A stretch of DNA of 53,326 bases from Eubacteriales bacterium. GTDB taxonomy: Bacteria > Bacillota > Clostridia > Oscillospirales > CAG-272. Location of the stretch: the NCBI GenBank assembly GCA_045656445.1, contig JAZORD010000042.1:1-53326 (forward strand), given 5' to 3'. Shown here piece after piece: positions 40,656 to 49,823 of this stretch. A program made the position numbers and the translations under genes. Each line of letters opens with the position of its first letter. The first letter of the stretch is position 1. Below the pieces are notes generated by a model. That model was not told the origin of the DNA. It searched no databases and saw only the letters and a program-made list of their open reading frames with translations.

Positions 40656-41756
40656 TTAAGCTTCTATTTTTGGATTTTCCTGCGCGAATCTTTTCATAAA
40701 TGCGACGAGTTTTTCAACGCCCTCAATCGGCATGGCGTTGTAGATTGCGGCACATATTCCGCCAACCGAGCCGTGTCCTCCAAGATTGTAAAGCCCCTCT
40801 TCCATTGCTTCCTTTGCAAACTTTGCATCAAGAGAAGCATCTCCGGTCACGAACACGACGTTCATCATAGAGCGGCATTTTTTATCAACGGGGGCTGTAT
40901 AGTAAAGCTGGCTGTCAAGATAATCGTAAAGGCGGCTTGCCTTACGCTCATTGCGGCGCTTCATTTCCTCAAGTCCGCCGATTGATTTTATCCACTCGAA
41001 TACGAGCTTTGCAATATAAAGGGAGATTGCAGGTGCTGTGCTTTTTACAGCACTGCCCTCGCCAACCAGCTTGTAGTTGAGGGCGCTTGGCGTGTCGGGG
41101 CGGGCCGCAGACACAAGGTCCTCACGCACGATAACTACCGTGAGAGAGCCGGCGCCTATACAGGATTCCGCATTAGCGTAAATCAGCGCAAATTTTGATA
41201 CCTCAACAGGCTCTGAAAGCAAAAACGTGGACATATCGGCGACCAGTGGAATATTTCCCGTGTCGGGAACGTAGTGGAATTTCGTGCCGTATACGCTGTT
41301 ATTAAAGGTTATGTGAACATAATCCGCATCCGGTCTGAAATCACTTCTTTTCGTTTCCGGAACCGTCGAAAACGCAGGGGTTGCTCCTGCGCTTGATGCG
41401 GCTATTGCTATATCACCGTATTTTTTAGCCTCGAGCGATGCAATTTTTGAATGTTGCCCCGAAACTATATAGTCGGCGCACTTATGCCCGGAAAGCAGGT
41501 TGAGGGCAATTGCAGAGTACTGACAATCTGTTCCCCCTTGCATAAAAAGCACCCTATAGTTCTGCGGTATATTCAAAAGCTCCCTTAGCAGCTCCTCGGC
41601 GGATGCGGCAATTTCGGCATACTCGCGGCTCGTTTTGTCAATCTCAAGAATCGGAATAGCGCCCGTTGCGTAGTTTTCAAGCTCAGTCCTTATAAGCTCA
41701 ACCACCTCGCTTGGCAGGGTTGACTGCACCGAGGAGAAGTTATATGTTTTTTCCAT
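40656..41756 (-). CDS. SerC (phosphoserine aminotransferase) homologue, apparently catalytically inactive
   Basis: SerC scaffold (YNFS, LNIPQNYRVLFMQGG, PLVADMS, GGLEEM..RN..KA..LYDYLD, RSMMNV.F, IYNAMPIEGVEKLV) but QKN replaced by ESC, with no PLP Lys. Confidence 0.88.
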   Translation of the reverse strand: MEKTYNFSSVQSTLPSEVVELIRTELENYATGAIPILEIDKTSREYAEIAASAEELLRELLNIPQNYRVLFMQGGTDCQYSAIALNLLSGHKCADYIVSGQHSKIASLEAKKYGDIAIAASSAGATPAFSTVPETKRSDFRPDADYVHITFNNSVYGTKFHYVPDTGNIPLVADMSTFLLSEPVEVSKFALIYANAESCIGAGSLTVVIVREDLVSAARPDTPSALNYKLVGEGSAVKSTAPAISLYIAKLVFEWIKSIGGLEEMKRRNERKASRLYDYLDSQLYYTAPVDKKCRSMMNVVFVTGDASLDAKFAKEAMEEGLYNLGGHGSVGGICAAIYNAMPIEGVEKLVAFMKRFAQENPKIEA

Positions 41757-41782
41757 ATTTCTAAGCCTTCCTTACACATAGA

Positions 41783-41811
41783 ATTATAGTATTCGTATTC
41801 AAAAATGTCAA
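41783..41811 (-). promoter_or_regulatory. Consensus sigma-A promoter for the serC-like/typA unit
   Basis: Perfect TTGACA-17 bp-TATAAT, followed by AAGGAAGG RBS. Confidence 0.85.
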
Positions 41812-42324
41812 TCAGCTGAGCTCCTCAAGGGAAATTTTTTCAATCCACCCGTCAAATATCGGCTCATATTTATCCCTAAGGTCTGCTCCGCAATTCATAG
41901 TTACGTGCGCGAGCATGTCGTAGTTCCGTATTACGAAATCACAGTAAAAGGAGCTTTCAAATTCGTAGATATATTTTGCCGTAGCCGTGTTTTTCTCAGA
42001 ATCGGCGGTAAATTCAACGTCGGTATATTCGTTATACGCGATGAAATCCTCAAGATACTCCGCGCTCGTTGAGTCCTTATCTATGAAATTTTTTGTAAGA
42101 AGCTCGTCCCTTGAATAATAGTAGACGAAAAACTCACATTCTTGGTTTCCGTAGCACAGGTCGGCGTATGTGACGTTCATCTGCTCCATATCCTTAGGCA
42201 GATAAAATACGAGTCCTGCCGAGGAATGCTTTTTCATATTACCGCAGGAAGAAAGAAGCAGCGCCGATATAATGACTGCGATAAAGAGTGCTTTTTTAAG
42301 TGATTTTTTCATTTTGATTTGCAT
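41812..42324 (-). CDS. Hypothetical lipoprotein
   Basis: Basic N-terminus, hydrophobic stretch, lipobox LSSC. Confidence 0.75.
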   Translation of the reverse strand: MQIKMKKSLKKALFIAVIISALLLSSCGNMKKHSSAGLVFYLPKDMEQMNVTYADLCYGNQECEFFVYYYSRDELLTKNFIDKDSTSAEYLEDFIAYNEYTDVEFTADSEKNTATAKYIYEFESSFYCDFVIRNYDMLAHVTMNCGADLRDKYEPIFDGWIEKISLEELS

Positions 42325-42425
42325 CCTTTTGTAAAGGTAAGTAGTTACATTAAAAATGGCATTGAGCGAAATAGCTGCGATGATAATTCAGGATAGGCTG
42401 AGCAGAAATTTTGTCACGGGTCGGC

Positions 42426-43088
42426 TCATTTTACCGAAACAACCGCCGAAAGTATTTCATCGGCAGAAGAAACCACGGTGTCAGCGCCCGCGCCTAAAAG
42501 CTCGTCTATTTTTCTAAATCCCCAAAGCACCCCGATATTAAGACTCACCCCAAGATTTTTTCCTGTTTCAATATCAACGGACGTATCACCTATCCAAGCA
42601 GTTTCACTTTCATGTATTCCAAGTTTTGAGAGCACCGCTTTTGGCATCGCGGTGTCCGGCTTTAGAGGTATGCCGTCAACGCCCCCGAGCGCAGCATCAA
42701 AAGCGTCTCCAAAGAAGCGCTCTGCAATCGGCTTAACCGCAGAGTCGGGCTTGTTTGAAACGAGGGCAATCTTAATACCCCTTGCCTTAAGCTCGGAAAG
42801 AAGCTCCGCTATTCCGTCAAACAGCTTTGTGAGATAAAAGGGATTGGCGTTGTACGCATTTTGGTATTCATTTAAAAGCGACCCAACAAGCTCCCTGTCG
42901 GTTATACCCTTTGATTTGAGCGAGCGCTCCATAAGAAGACGGGCGCCGTTGCCGGCAAAATACTTACATTCCTCTGTCGTAATTTTATCTATTCCGTGCT
43001 TTTCAAGGATAAAATTTACGTAATGTGTTATCGTGCTTACGGTGTCAAGCACCGTTCCGTCAAGGTCAAATATACAGCATTTAATCAT
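42426..43088 (-). CDS. HAD-family phosphatase (phosphoglycolate phosphatase-like)
   Basis: FDLDGT, SNK, KPD, IGDT..D, WGF. Confidence 0.9.
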   Translation of the reverse strand: MIKCCIFDLDGTVLDTVSTITHYVNFILEKHGIDKITTEECKYFAGNGARLLMERSLKSKGITDRELVGSLLNEYQNAYNANPFYLTKLFDGIAELLSELKARGIKIALVSNKPDSAVKPIAERFFGDAFDAALGGVDGIPLKPDTAMPKAVLSKLGIHESETAWIGDTSVDIETGKNLGVSLNIGVLWGFRKIDELLGAGADTVVSSADEILSAVVSVK

Positions 43089-43090
43089 TT

Positions 43091-45493
43091 TTATATTCTT
43101 CTTAATTTTGCAAAGGTTGCCATTAGTTTTTTTGTTATACCCGTGTCAAATTTCACCTCGTAAAGCACGTCCCCGCTCATATCGCGTGATGACAGGATAA
43201 CTCCCTCTCCAAAGGTAGCGTGAGAAACCCTCGTGCCCGGAGGTAGACACTCTATACCGTATCCCGAAGCGCCCTTGGTTTTTTTCGCAGGAGATATTTC
43301 AGGTCGTCTATGAAATTCGCGCGACATGCTTTCGGTATAAGGAGCGCTGCGGTTATATGGAAGCTGTGTTCTCGGCGGGGTCCTTTTCGGACCGTCGCGC
43401 ATAATAAGCGTTTCCGGTATTTCCTCTCTTACAAACCGAGAGAGCATATTATAGCTCGTTCTGCCGTAAATGGTTCTGTTTTTGGCGTAGGTGATATAAA
43501 GCTTTTCCTTAGCGCGCGTTATTGCGACGTAGGCAAGCCGCCTTTCCTCGCTCATCTCCTCCGGTTCTCCGATATTTTGCAGCGACGGGAAGATTCCATC
43601 CTCCATTCCTGCAAGAAAAACCACCGGAAACTCAAGCCCCTTCGCTGCGTGCACGGTCATAAGGACAACCGAATCCGAGCTTTCATCGTATTTATCAACG
43701 TCACTTATGAGAGATATTTCTTCAAGAAAGCCTGAAAGCGTAGCTTCTATTCCGTTTTCGGAGCATCGCTTTTCGTATTCAACGGCGGCAGAGGTAAATT
43801 CGTTGACGTTGGCTATTTTTCCCTCTCCCTCAAAGCCCTCTGCCTCAAGCATTGCACGATATCCGGTTTCATCAAAGACTGCTGAAATCAGCTCTGACGG
43901 AAGCGAGTATTTACCTTTAATCCCCTCGATGAGATTAATAAACGCAGTAAGCTTATCGGCGCTCTTTGCAAGCGCGTTATACTCCGAGGCTCTTCTCATC
44001 ACCTCATACATAGTGAGTCCGACCTCTGCGGCAATTTGCTCAATTGCCTCGACGGTAGCCGCCCCGATTTTGCGCTTAGGCTCGTTTATTACTCTTTTGA
44101 GTCTAAGGTTATCGTACGGTGAGTTAATCACCGTAAGATACGCCGCAACGTCCTTTATTTCCTTGCGGTCGTAGAAGCGCATAGAGCCTAGTATTCTGTA
44201 GGGCACACCGCTTTTGGCAAAAGCAGTTTCGAGTGAACGGGCAAGCTCATTTACGCGGTAAAGTATAGCGTAATCCGAATATTTTCTGCCCTCGTCACGA
44301 ACACCGGAATTTATTCTTTCTACTATGTATTTACCCTCATCACCCTGGTCGAATGCTTCGCGAAGGGTGATTTTGGCGCCGCAGCCCTTATCGCACCACA
44401 GCTTTTTCGCGTGGCGCTTGTCGTTGTGACCTATAACCGAATTTGCCGCCGACAAAATATTTTCGGTGGAGCGGTAATTCTGCTCAAGCTTTATAACCGT
44501 AGCATTGTGGTACACCTTATTAAAGTCAAGAATATTTGCCACGGTTGCGCCGCGGAAGCGGTATATGCTCTGGTCATCGTCACCAACGACCATAATATTT
44601 CTGTATTTATCCGAAAGAAGCTTTGTTAAGATGAACTGAGCAAAATTCGTGTCCTGATACTCGTCGACGAGAACGTATCTGAATTTATTCTGATAATAAT
44701 CCCGCACCTCAGAATCGGATTGCAAAAGCTCAACAGTCTTCATTATTATATCATCAAAGTCAACTGCGTTATATTCCATAAGCTTCTTTTGGTAAAGGGT
44801 ATATATTTTTGATATATCCTTTGACCTTGGGTCGCTCGTTATTTCAAAGTCACAAGGACCGATAAGCATATCCTTAGCCATACTGATAGCGTTTGCCACA
44901 GCCTTTGGCGCAAGACGCTTTTCGTCAATATACAGCTCCTTCATACACAGAGTAAGCATTCTTTTTTTATCGTCTGTATCGTATATTGAAAATCCGTCCC
45001 TGTAGCCAAGCCTTGCGCCGTATTTACGGAGTATGCGCATGCATACAGAGTGGAATGTGCCCGCCCATACCGAATCGCTTACTGCGGGGTCGCCAAAGGT
45101 TTTTATCAGTCGGTCCTTGATTTCCCTTGCCGCCTTATTTGTAAAGGTTATGGCAAGCACCTGCCACGGCGGACAGGGTTCGCATATAAATTCGGGTAGA
45201 ATAGCGGATATTTCATCGATAGGCAGATTTTGAGCAGATTCCAGCGCGCGTACCGATTCCTCGGTTATATAATCATCTGTGACCTCCGAAAAGTAAGCGT
45301 TGCCGTACTTTATAATATAGGCTATTCTGTTTACTAGGACGGTTGTCTTTCCGCTGCCCGCGCCCGCCAAAACGAGAAGTGGTCCGAGAGTTGTGAACAC
45401 GGCTCTTGATTGCTCCGGGTTGAGAAAGGCAGAGTACACCTTATCAAAGAGAGCTCTTTTTGCTCTTATATATCTTGTTTTCAGCTCTTGCAT
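43091..45493 (-). CDS. pcrA: ATP-dependent DNA helicase PcrA/UvrD
   Basis: AGAGSGKTT, ITFTNKAA, DEYQDTN, GDDDQSIYRFRGA, QNYRS, HAAKGLEF, EERRLAYVAITRA. Confidence 0.96.
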   Translation of the reverse strand: MQELKTRYIRAKRALFDKVYSAFLNPEQSRAVFTTLGPLLVLAGAGSGKTTVLVNRIAYIIKYGNAYFSEVTDDYITEESVRALESAQNLPIDEISAILPEFICEPCPPWQVLAITFTNKAAREIKDRLIKTFGDPAVSDSVWAGTFHSVCMRILRKYGARLGYRDGFSIYDTDDKKRMLTLCMKELYIDEKRLAPKAVANAISMAKDMLIGPCDFEITSDPRSKDISKIYTLYQKKLMEYNAVDFDDIIMKTVELLQSDSEVRDYYQNKFRYVLVDEYQDTNFAQFILTKLLSDKYRNIMVVGDDDQSIYRFRGATVANILDFNKVYHNATVIKLEQNYRSTENILSAANSVIGHNDKRHAKKLWCDKGCGAKITLREAFDQGDEGKYIVERINSGVRDEGRKYSDYAILYRVNELARSLETAFAKSGVPYRILGSMRFYDRKEIKDVAAYLTVINSPYDNLRLKRVINEPKRKIGAATVEAIEQIAAEVGLTMYEVMRRASEYNALAKSADKLTAFINLIEGIKGKYSLPSELISAVFDETGYRAMLEAEGFEGEGKIANVNEFTSAAVEYEKRCSENGIEATLSGFLEEISLISDVDKYDESSDSVVLMTVHAAKGLEFPVVFLAGMEDGIFPSLQNIGEPEEMSEERRLAYVAITRAKEKLYITYAKNRTIYGRTSYNMLSRFVREEIPETLIMRDGPKRTPPRTQLPYNRSAPYTESMSREFHRRPEISPAKKTKGASGYGIECLPPGTRVSHATFGEGVILSSRDMSGDVLYEVKFDTGITKKLMATFAKLRRI

Positions 45494-45668
45494 TGCAGTT
45501 TTTCCTTTGTTTTTACACTATGCTTGGGGGTTTTCGTAACAGATACGAAAGTTTTTTCGAAAACTTCTTAAATGCGTCGAAAATTAGATTCAAATTTTCT
45601 TTGTTCGGAGAATTTTTGAGTCACTTTTTTCCGTTTTGAAAAAATTAAAATTCTTTGTGAGTAAAGAT

Positions 45669-45802
45669 ATTTCCACAATTAAAAATGTTGAAATTGTGGA
45701 AAACTTTTTGTCGAAAATCTGCGGTTTTCGTAGTTTTTCCCGTGGTCAAGCCTGTTGTATCCACACTTTTTCCACATTGACGGAAGGCGGGGATGTTGAA
45801 AA
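45669..45802. promoter_or_regulatory. Cluster of DnaA-box-like 9-mers
   Basis: TTTTCCACA at 45695-45703 (-) and 45768-45776 (+); one-mismatch boxes at 45669, 45757, 45794; two-mismatch box at 45686. Confidence 0.7.
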
Positions 45803-45957
45803 GCTCAATTACACAAAAAATCTACTTTTCCGTTTTTTGCGGCATTTGACTTCACTTTCGGGAAATCTTCGATTTTTTTGACATTTATACTTCTGCCTTG
45901 TATTTTCACCGGTACATATTCGTAATAAATACTCCGATAGCCAAAAAAGTGACGAAT

Positions 45958-47949
45958 TTACTTGCTTTTTTTCTTTTTTTGGTATGATGAGGCTGCATTT
46001 TTTATTCTGATTTTGCCACGGTCAGAGTTTTTTGCCTTTTTTGCGTTGTTTGAAGCCCGCTTAACCCTGACAGAAGGTCTTTTGCGCGGTACATCTGACG
46101 CGCCTTTTGAGCCGCGAGGTCTATACATATTACGTCCGCCCTGACCGAATGCCTCTTTTACAAGGCAACCGGGATCGTTTCCTATAAGGTCCTCTCTCCC
46201 AGCCTTCTTAAGCGCCTCTCGCACAAGGTTGGCGTTTTCCGGCTTTGAGTACTGTAGGAGCGCGCGTTGAAGCTGCTTTTCGCGGTAATCGGTTGTGACA
46301 TAGACGCGTTTTTCCGTCATAGGATTTATTCCGGTGTAGTACATAACGGTGGAAATTGTACCGGGGGTGGGATAGAAGTCCTGGACCTGTTCGGGAGAAT
46401 ATCCCCATTTTTTAAGCCAAAGAGCCATTTCAACGGCATCCTTCATCGTAGAGCCGGGATGGCTTGACATAAGATACGGAACGAGATATTGCTCAAGACC
46501 CGCGCGCTCGCAAAGGGCGAAATATTTCTTTTTGAAGCGCTCGAAAACCTCAACAGACGGTTTACCCATCATAGCCAGGGTGTTCGACGAGCAATGCTCC
46601 GGCGCGACCTTAAGCTGACCCGAAACGTGACGGGTGACAAGCTGCTCAAAGAAGCTGTCGTCCTCATCGTATATAAGATAGTCAAAGCGTATGCCTGAAC
46701 GGACGAATACCTTTTTGACTCCCTTAACCCGTTCTATATCGCGGAGCATCTCAGCGTACTCGGTATGGTCTACCTCAAGATGCTTACAAGGGGTAGGAGC
46801 TAAGCATTTTTTATTTGGGCATACGCCAAATTCCTTTTGTCTTTTACAAGAAGGATATCTGAAATTTGCGGTAGGTCCGCCAACGTCATTTATATATCCC
46901 TTAAAATCCGGCATTGCGGCGATTATGCTTGCCTCTTTAAGAACGCTCTCTTTGCTTCGCGAGCGAACCTCGCGGCCCTGGTGAAAGGCGAGAGCACAGA
47001 AATTGCAAGCGCCGAAGCAGCCGCGGTTATGAGTTATTGAAAATTTCACCTCAGCGATGGCGGGAACTCCGCCGAGAGCTTCGTAATCCGGGTGATAATC
47101 TCTTGCAAAGGGAAGCGAATATACCCTGTCAAGCTCCTCCCTCTCAAGCGGCGGCATCGGGGGATTTTGAACGAGCATTTTATCCCCGTAATACTCTATT
47201 ACTGCCAAGCCGCGCACCGAATCGGTATTTTTATACTGAATAGCAAAAGCCTTGGCGTAGGCTAGCTTATCCTCCTTAAGAACGTCGTAATCATAGGTTT
47301 CTATGCTGTCAAAAAATACTTTATCGCCTTTTTTGGCAAGATAGACACAGCCTCTGACGTCCCTTATCTTCTTGATAGGAACTCCCTTATCAAGAAGTTT
47401 TGCTATCCTGGTTATTACGTTTTCACCCATTCCGTAGGTTAAAACGTCCGCACGGGAATCAATCAGAATACTGCGCCTGACTCTGTCCTCCCAATAATCG
47501 TAGTGAGCAAAACGGCGCAGGGATGCCTCAAGTCCTCCTATTATTATAGGAACGTCCCCGTATGCTTCCCTTATTCTGTTAGAGTATACTATAACAGCGC
47601 GGTCAGGCCGTTTTCCTGCTACACCTCCGGGACTGTAATAATCGTAGGAGCGTTTTTTCTTGGAAACTGTGTAATGCGCAACCATCGAATCAATGTTTCC
47701 GCTTGATATGAGGAAGGCGAGGCGCGGTCTGCCAAAGCGCTTGAAATCCTCACAGCTTTTATAGTCCGGCTGAGAAAGAACAGCAACTCGAAAGCCCTCG
47801 GCTTCAAGAACTCTTGTGATTATAGCCGCGCCAAAGGACGGGTGGTCAACGTAGGCATCACCCGTGACGTATACAAAGTCCACCTCCGACAAAGCTCTGT
47901 CGGACAGGTCCTTTTTCGTAAGCGGAAGAAAATCAAGTCTGCTTCTCAT
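45958..47949 (-). CDS. ygiQ: YgiQ family radical SAM protein (UPF0313)
   Basis: GDAYVDHPSFG, GGLEASLRRFAHYDYW, CFGACNFC, GGPTAN, QVQDFYPTP. Confidence 0.93.
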   Translation of the reverse strand: MRSRLDFLPLTKKDLSDRALSEVDFVYVTGDAYVDHPSFGAAIITRVLEAEGFRVAVLSQPDYKSCEDFKRFGRPRLAFLISSGNIDSMVAHYTVSKKKRSYDYYSPGGVAGKRPDRAVIVYSNRIREAYGDVPIIIGGLEASLRRFAHYDYWEDRVRRSILIDSRADVLTYGMGENVITRIAKLLDKGVPIKKIRDVRGCVYLAKKGDKVFFDSIETYDYDVLKEDKLAYAKAFAIQYKNTDSVRGLAVIEYYGDKMLVQNPPMPPLEREELDRVYSLPFARDYHPDYEALGGVPAIAEVKFSITHNRGCFGACNFCALAFHQGREVRSRSKESVLKEASIIAAMPDFKGYINDVGGPTANFRYPSCKRQKEFGVCPNKKCLAPTPCKHLEVDHTEYAEMLRDIERVKGVKKVFVRSGIRFDYLIYDEDDSFFEQLVTRHVSGQLKVAPEHCSSNTLAMMGKPSVEVFERFKKKYFALCERAGLEQYLVPYLMSSHPGSTMKDAVEMALWLKKWGYSPEQVQDFYPTPGTISTVMYYTGINPMTEKRVYVTTDYREKQLQRALLQYSKPENANLVREALKKAGREDLIGNDPGCLVKEAFGQGGRNMYRPRGSKGASDVPRKRPSVRVKRASNNAKKAKNSDRGKIRIKNAASSYQKKKKSK

Positions 47950-48040
47950 TAAAACTCCGTTAGGTCGCCAAAGGCGGCCGCAGAAAAAACACAATAATTT
48001 TCAGTATTAAACCACAGCGGTAAGAGTTGCTGCGGTTGCA

Positions 48041-49282
48041 TTAAATGCAAAATGTATCAAGATTTACCTCGGTCTGCGTTCCGTCGGTCATATTTTTGAG
48101 CTGAGCACATCCTGATTCTATTTCAGAATCTCCGATAATAAGCGTATATTCAGCACCTATTTTGTTAGCGTATTTCATCTGCGCCTTAAGACTTCTGCCC
48201 ACAATATCACATTCGGCATACTTGCCCTCGCGGCGAAGACGCTCGGTTATCTCAAGAGCCTTAAGCGCGGCACGCTCACCGAGCGCCGCAACGTAAAGAC
48301 TTGGCTTCTTTGCATCTATTTTATCAAGCCCCTGCTCGCGCATAGCGAGAATAACTCTCGTGATGCCCATTCCAAAGCCTATACCGCTGAGCGCAGGTCC
48401 ACCGAGCGACTCAACGAGTCCGTCGTATCTTCCGCCTCCGCAGACGGTTGACTGCGCGCCGATGCCCTCTGCAATAAATTCAAACACAGCACCGGTATAA
48501 TAATCAAGTCCGCGAACTATCGACGGGTCAACCTTGTACTCAATTCCCATTGCATCAAGAGACGCCATAAGAGTGTTGAATTTAGATTCACAAGACGGAC
48601 AAAGATGCTCGACAGTTTTCGGCGCGTCCTTCGCAAGAGCCGCGCAATCGGGATTCTTGCAGTCAAGAAGCCTAAGGGGATTCTTATCCAGTCTTGACTT
48701 GCAGGTATCGCAGAGCTTGTCACCGTGCGCCGTGTAATATTCAACGAGCGCACGTCGGTATTCTGGACGGCACTCCTTACAGCCTATGGAATTTAGATGA
48801 AGCTTAACGTTTTTAAGTCCAAGCCTGCGTATTACAGATGCGGCGAGAGATATTGCGGTGGCGTCTGCAGCAGGACTTTCCGAGCCGAACATTTCAGTTC
48901 CGAACTGGAAGAATTCACGGCTTCTGCCCGCTTGCGGCTTCTCGTGACGGAAGCAAGAGATTATGTAATAATATTTAAGCGGCATCGGGTCTTGGCACTT
49001 GCCGTTTTCAATTATAGCTCTGGCAACAGAAGCCGTTCCTTCAGGACGAAGCGAGATAGAACGGTTCTCCTCTCTGTCACTAAAGGTATACATTTCCTTT
49101 TGCACGACGTCAGTGGTGTCACCAACCCCTCTGACAAAAAGCTCGGTATTTTCAAAAGTGGGGGTTCTTATCTCTCCGTAGCCGTATTTTTCGGCTTCTT
49201 CGCGCATAATTCCTTCAATATACCTAAAAAGTGGGGTTTCTGTGGGGAGTATATCCATTGTGCCTTTAATTTTCTGTATCAT
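48041..49282 (-). CDS. hisS: Histidyl-tRNA synthetase
   Basis: KGTMD, LRPEGTAS, FRHEKPQAGRSREFFQ, VRGLDYY, GGGRYD. Confidence 0.97.
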   Translation of the reverse strand: MIQKIKGTMDILPTETPLFRYIEGIMREEAEKYGYGEIRTPTFENTELFVRGVGDTTDVVQKEMYTFSDREENRSISLRPEGTASVARAIIENGKCQDPMPLKYYYIISCFRHEKPQAGRSREFFQFGTEMFGSESPAADATAISLAASVIRRLGLKNVKLHLNSIGCKECRPEYRRALVEYYTAHGDKLCDTCKSRLDKNPLRLLDCKNPDCAALAKDAPKTVEHLCPSCESKFNTLMASLDAMGIEYKVDPSIVRGLDYYTGAVFEFIAEGIGAQSTVCGGGRYDGLVESLGGPALSGIGFGMGITRVILAMREQGLDKIDAKKPSLYVAALGERAALKALEITERLRREGKYAECDIVGRSLKAQMKYANKIGAEYTLIIGDSEIESGCAQLKNMTDGTQTEVNLDTFCI

Positions 49283-49685
49283 TTCCGTCATCCTTTTTGT
49301 GTGATTTATCAAGTAAGTATTCGAGCCTTTCCTCGTCGCGAAGCCAACAGAGCATTCCTATAACCGCCTCAAAGCCGGTGGCGAGCCTGTAATCCTTGCC
49401 GCTCGCGTGCTTCGGTCGGTTAAGATGGGTTGAGTTTGACGCGCGTCTGAAAACATCCGCCTCAGAGTCCGTCAAATCATCCTTTATTTTTTCATACATT
49501 TTCGCCTGCGCCTCGGCTGTTACGTAAAAGAGCGCCTCTCGGTTGAGGTCAGCGGATTTTGATATACCGCGAGCAACCAGCATGCGCCGAACGTAAAGAG
49601 CGTGTCTTGCATCTCCAAGATAGGAAAGCGCTGCAACCGTAGGCAGACTTGCGCCTCTTATTTTTAAGTCCATATCGTCCTTCAT
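49266..49685 (-). CDS. mrnC: Mini-ribonuclease III
   Basis: LSYLGDA, YVTAEAQA, YRLATGFEAVIG. Confidence 0.88.
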   Translation of the reverse strand: MKDDMDLKIRGASLPTVAALSYLGDARHALYVRRMLVARGISKSADLNREALFYVTAEAQAKMYEKIKDDLTDSEADVFRRASNSTHLNRPKHASGKDYRLATGFEAVIGMLCWLRDEERLEYLLDKSHKKDDGNDTEN

Positions 49686-49773
49686 GCTCCGTTTGATTCT
49701 ATCTAAAATATTTTATCATATTTTAACCTAAAAATCAACAGTTATATTGAATAAAATATTTTCCTACAGATAC

Positions 49774-49802
49774 TTGAAAAAAAACGCAATAAATGTTATA
49801 AT
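49774..49802 (+). promoter_or_regulatory. Sigma-A promoter for the yggS operon
   Basis: TTGAAA-17 bp-TATAAT with TG extension. Confidence 0.7.
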
Positions 49803-49823
49803 AACTCATAGTAGGTGATTAAT

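Noticed and set aside
45636-45881. 81-aa plus-strand ORF in the pcrA-ygiQ gap
   Set aside because: No RBS, low-complexity AT-rich translation, and it overlaps the DnaA-box cluster.
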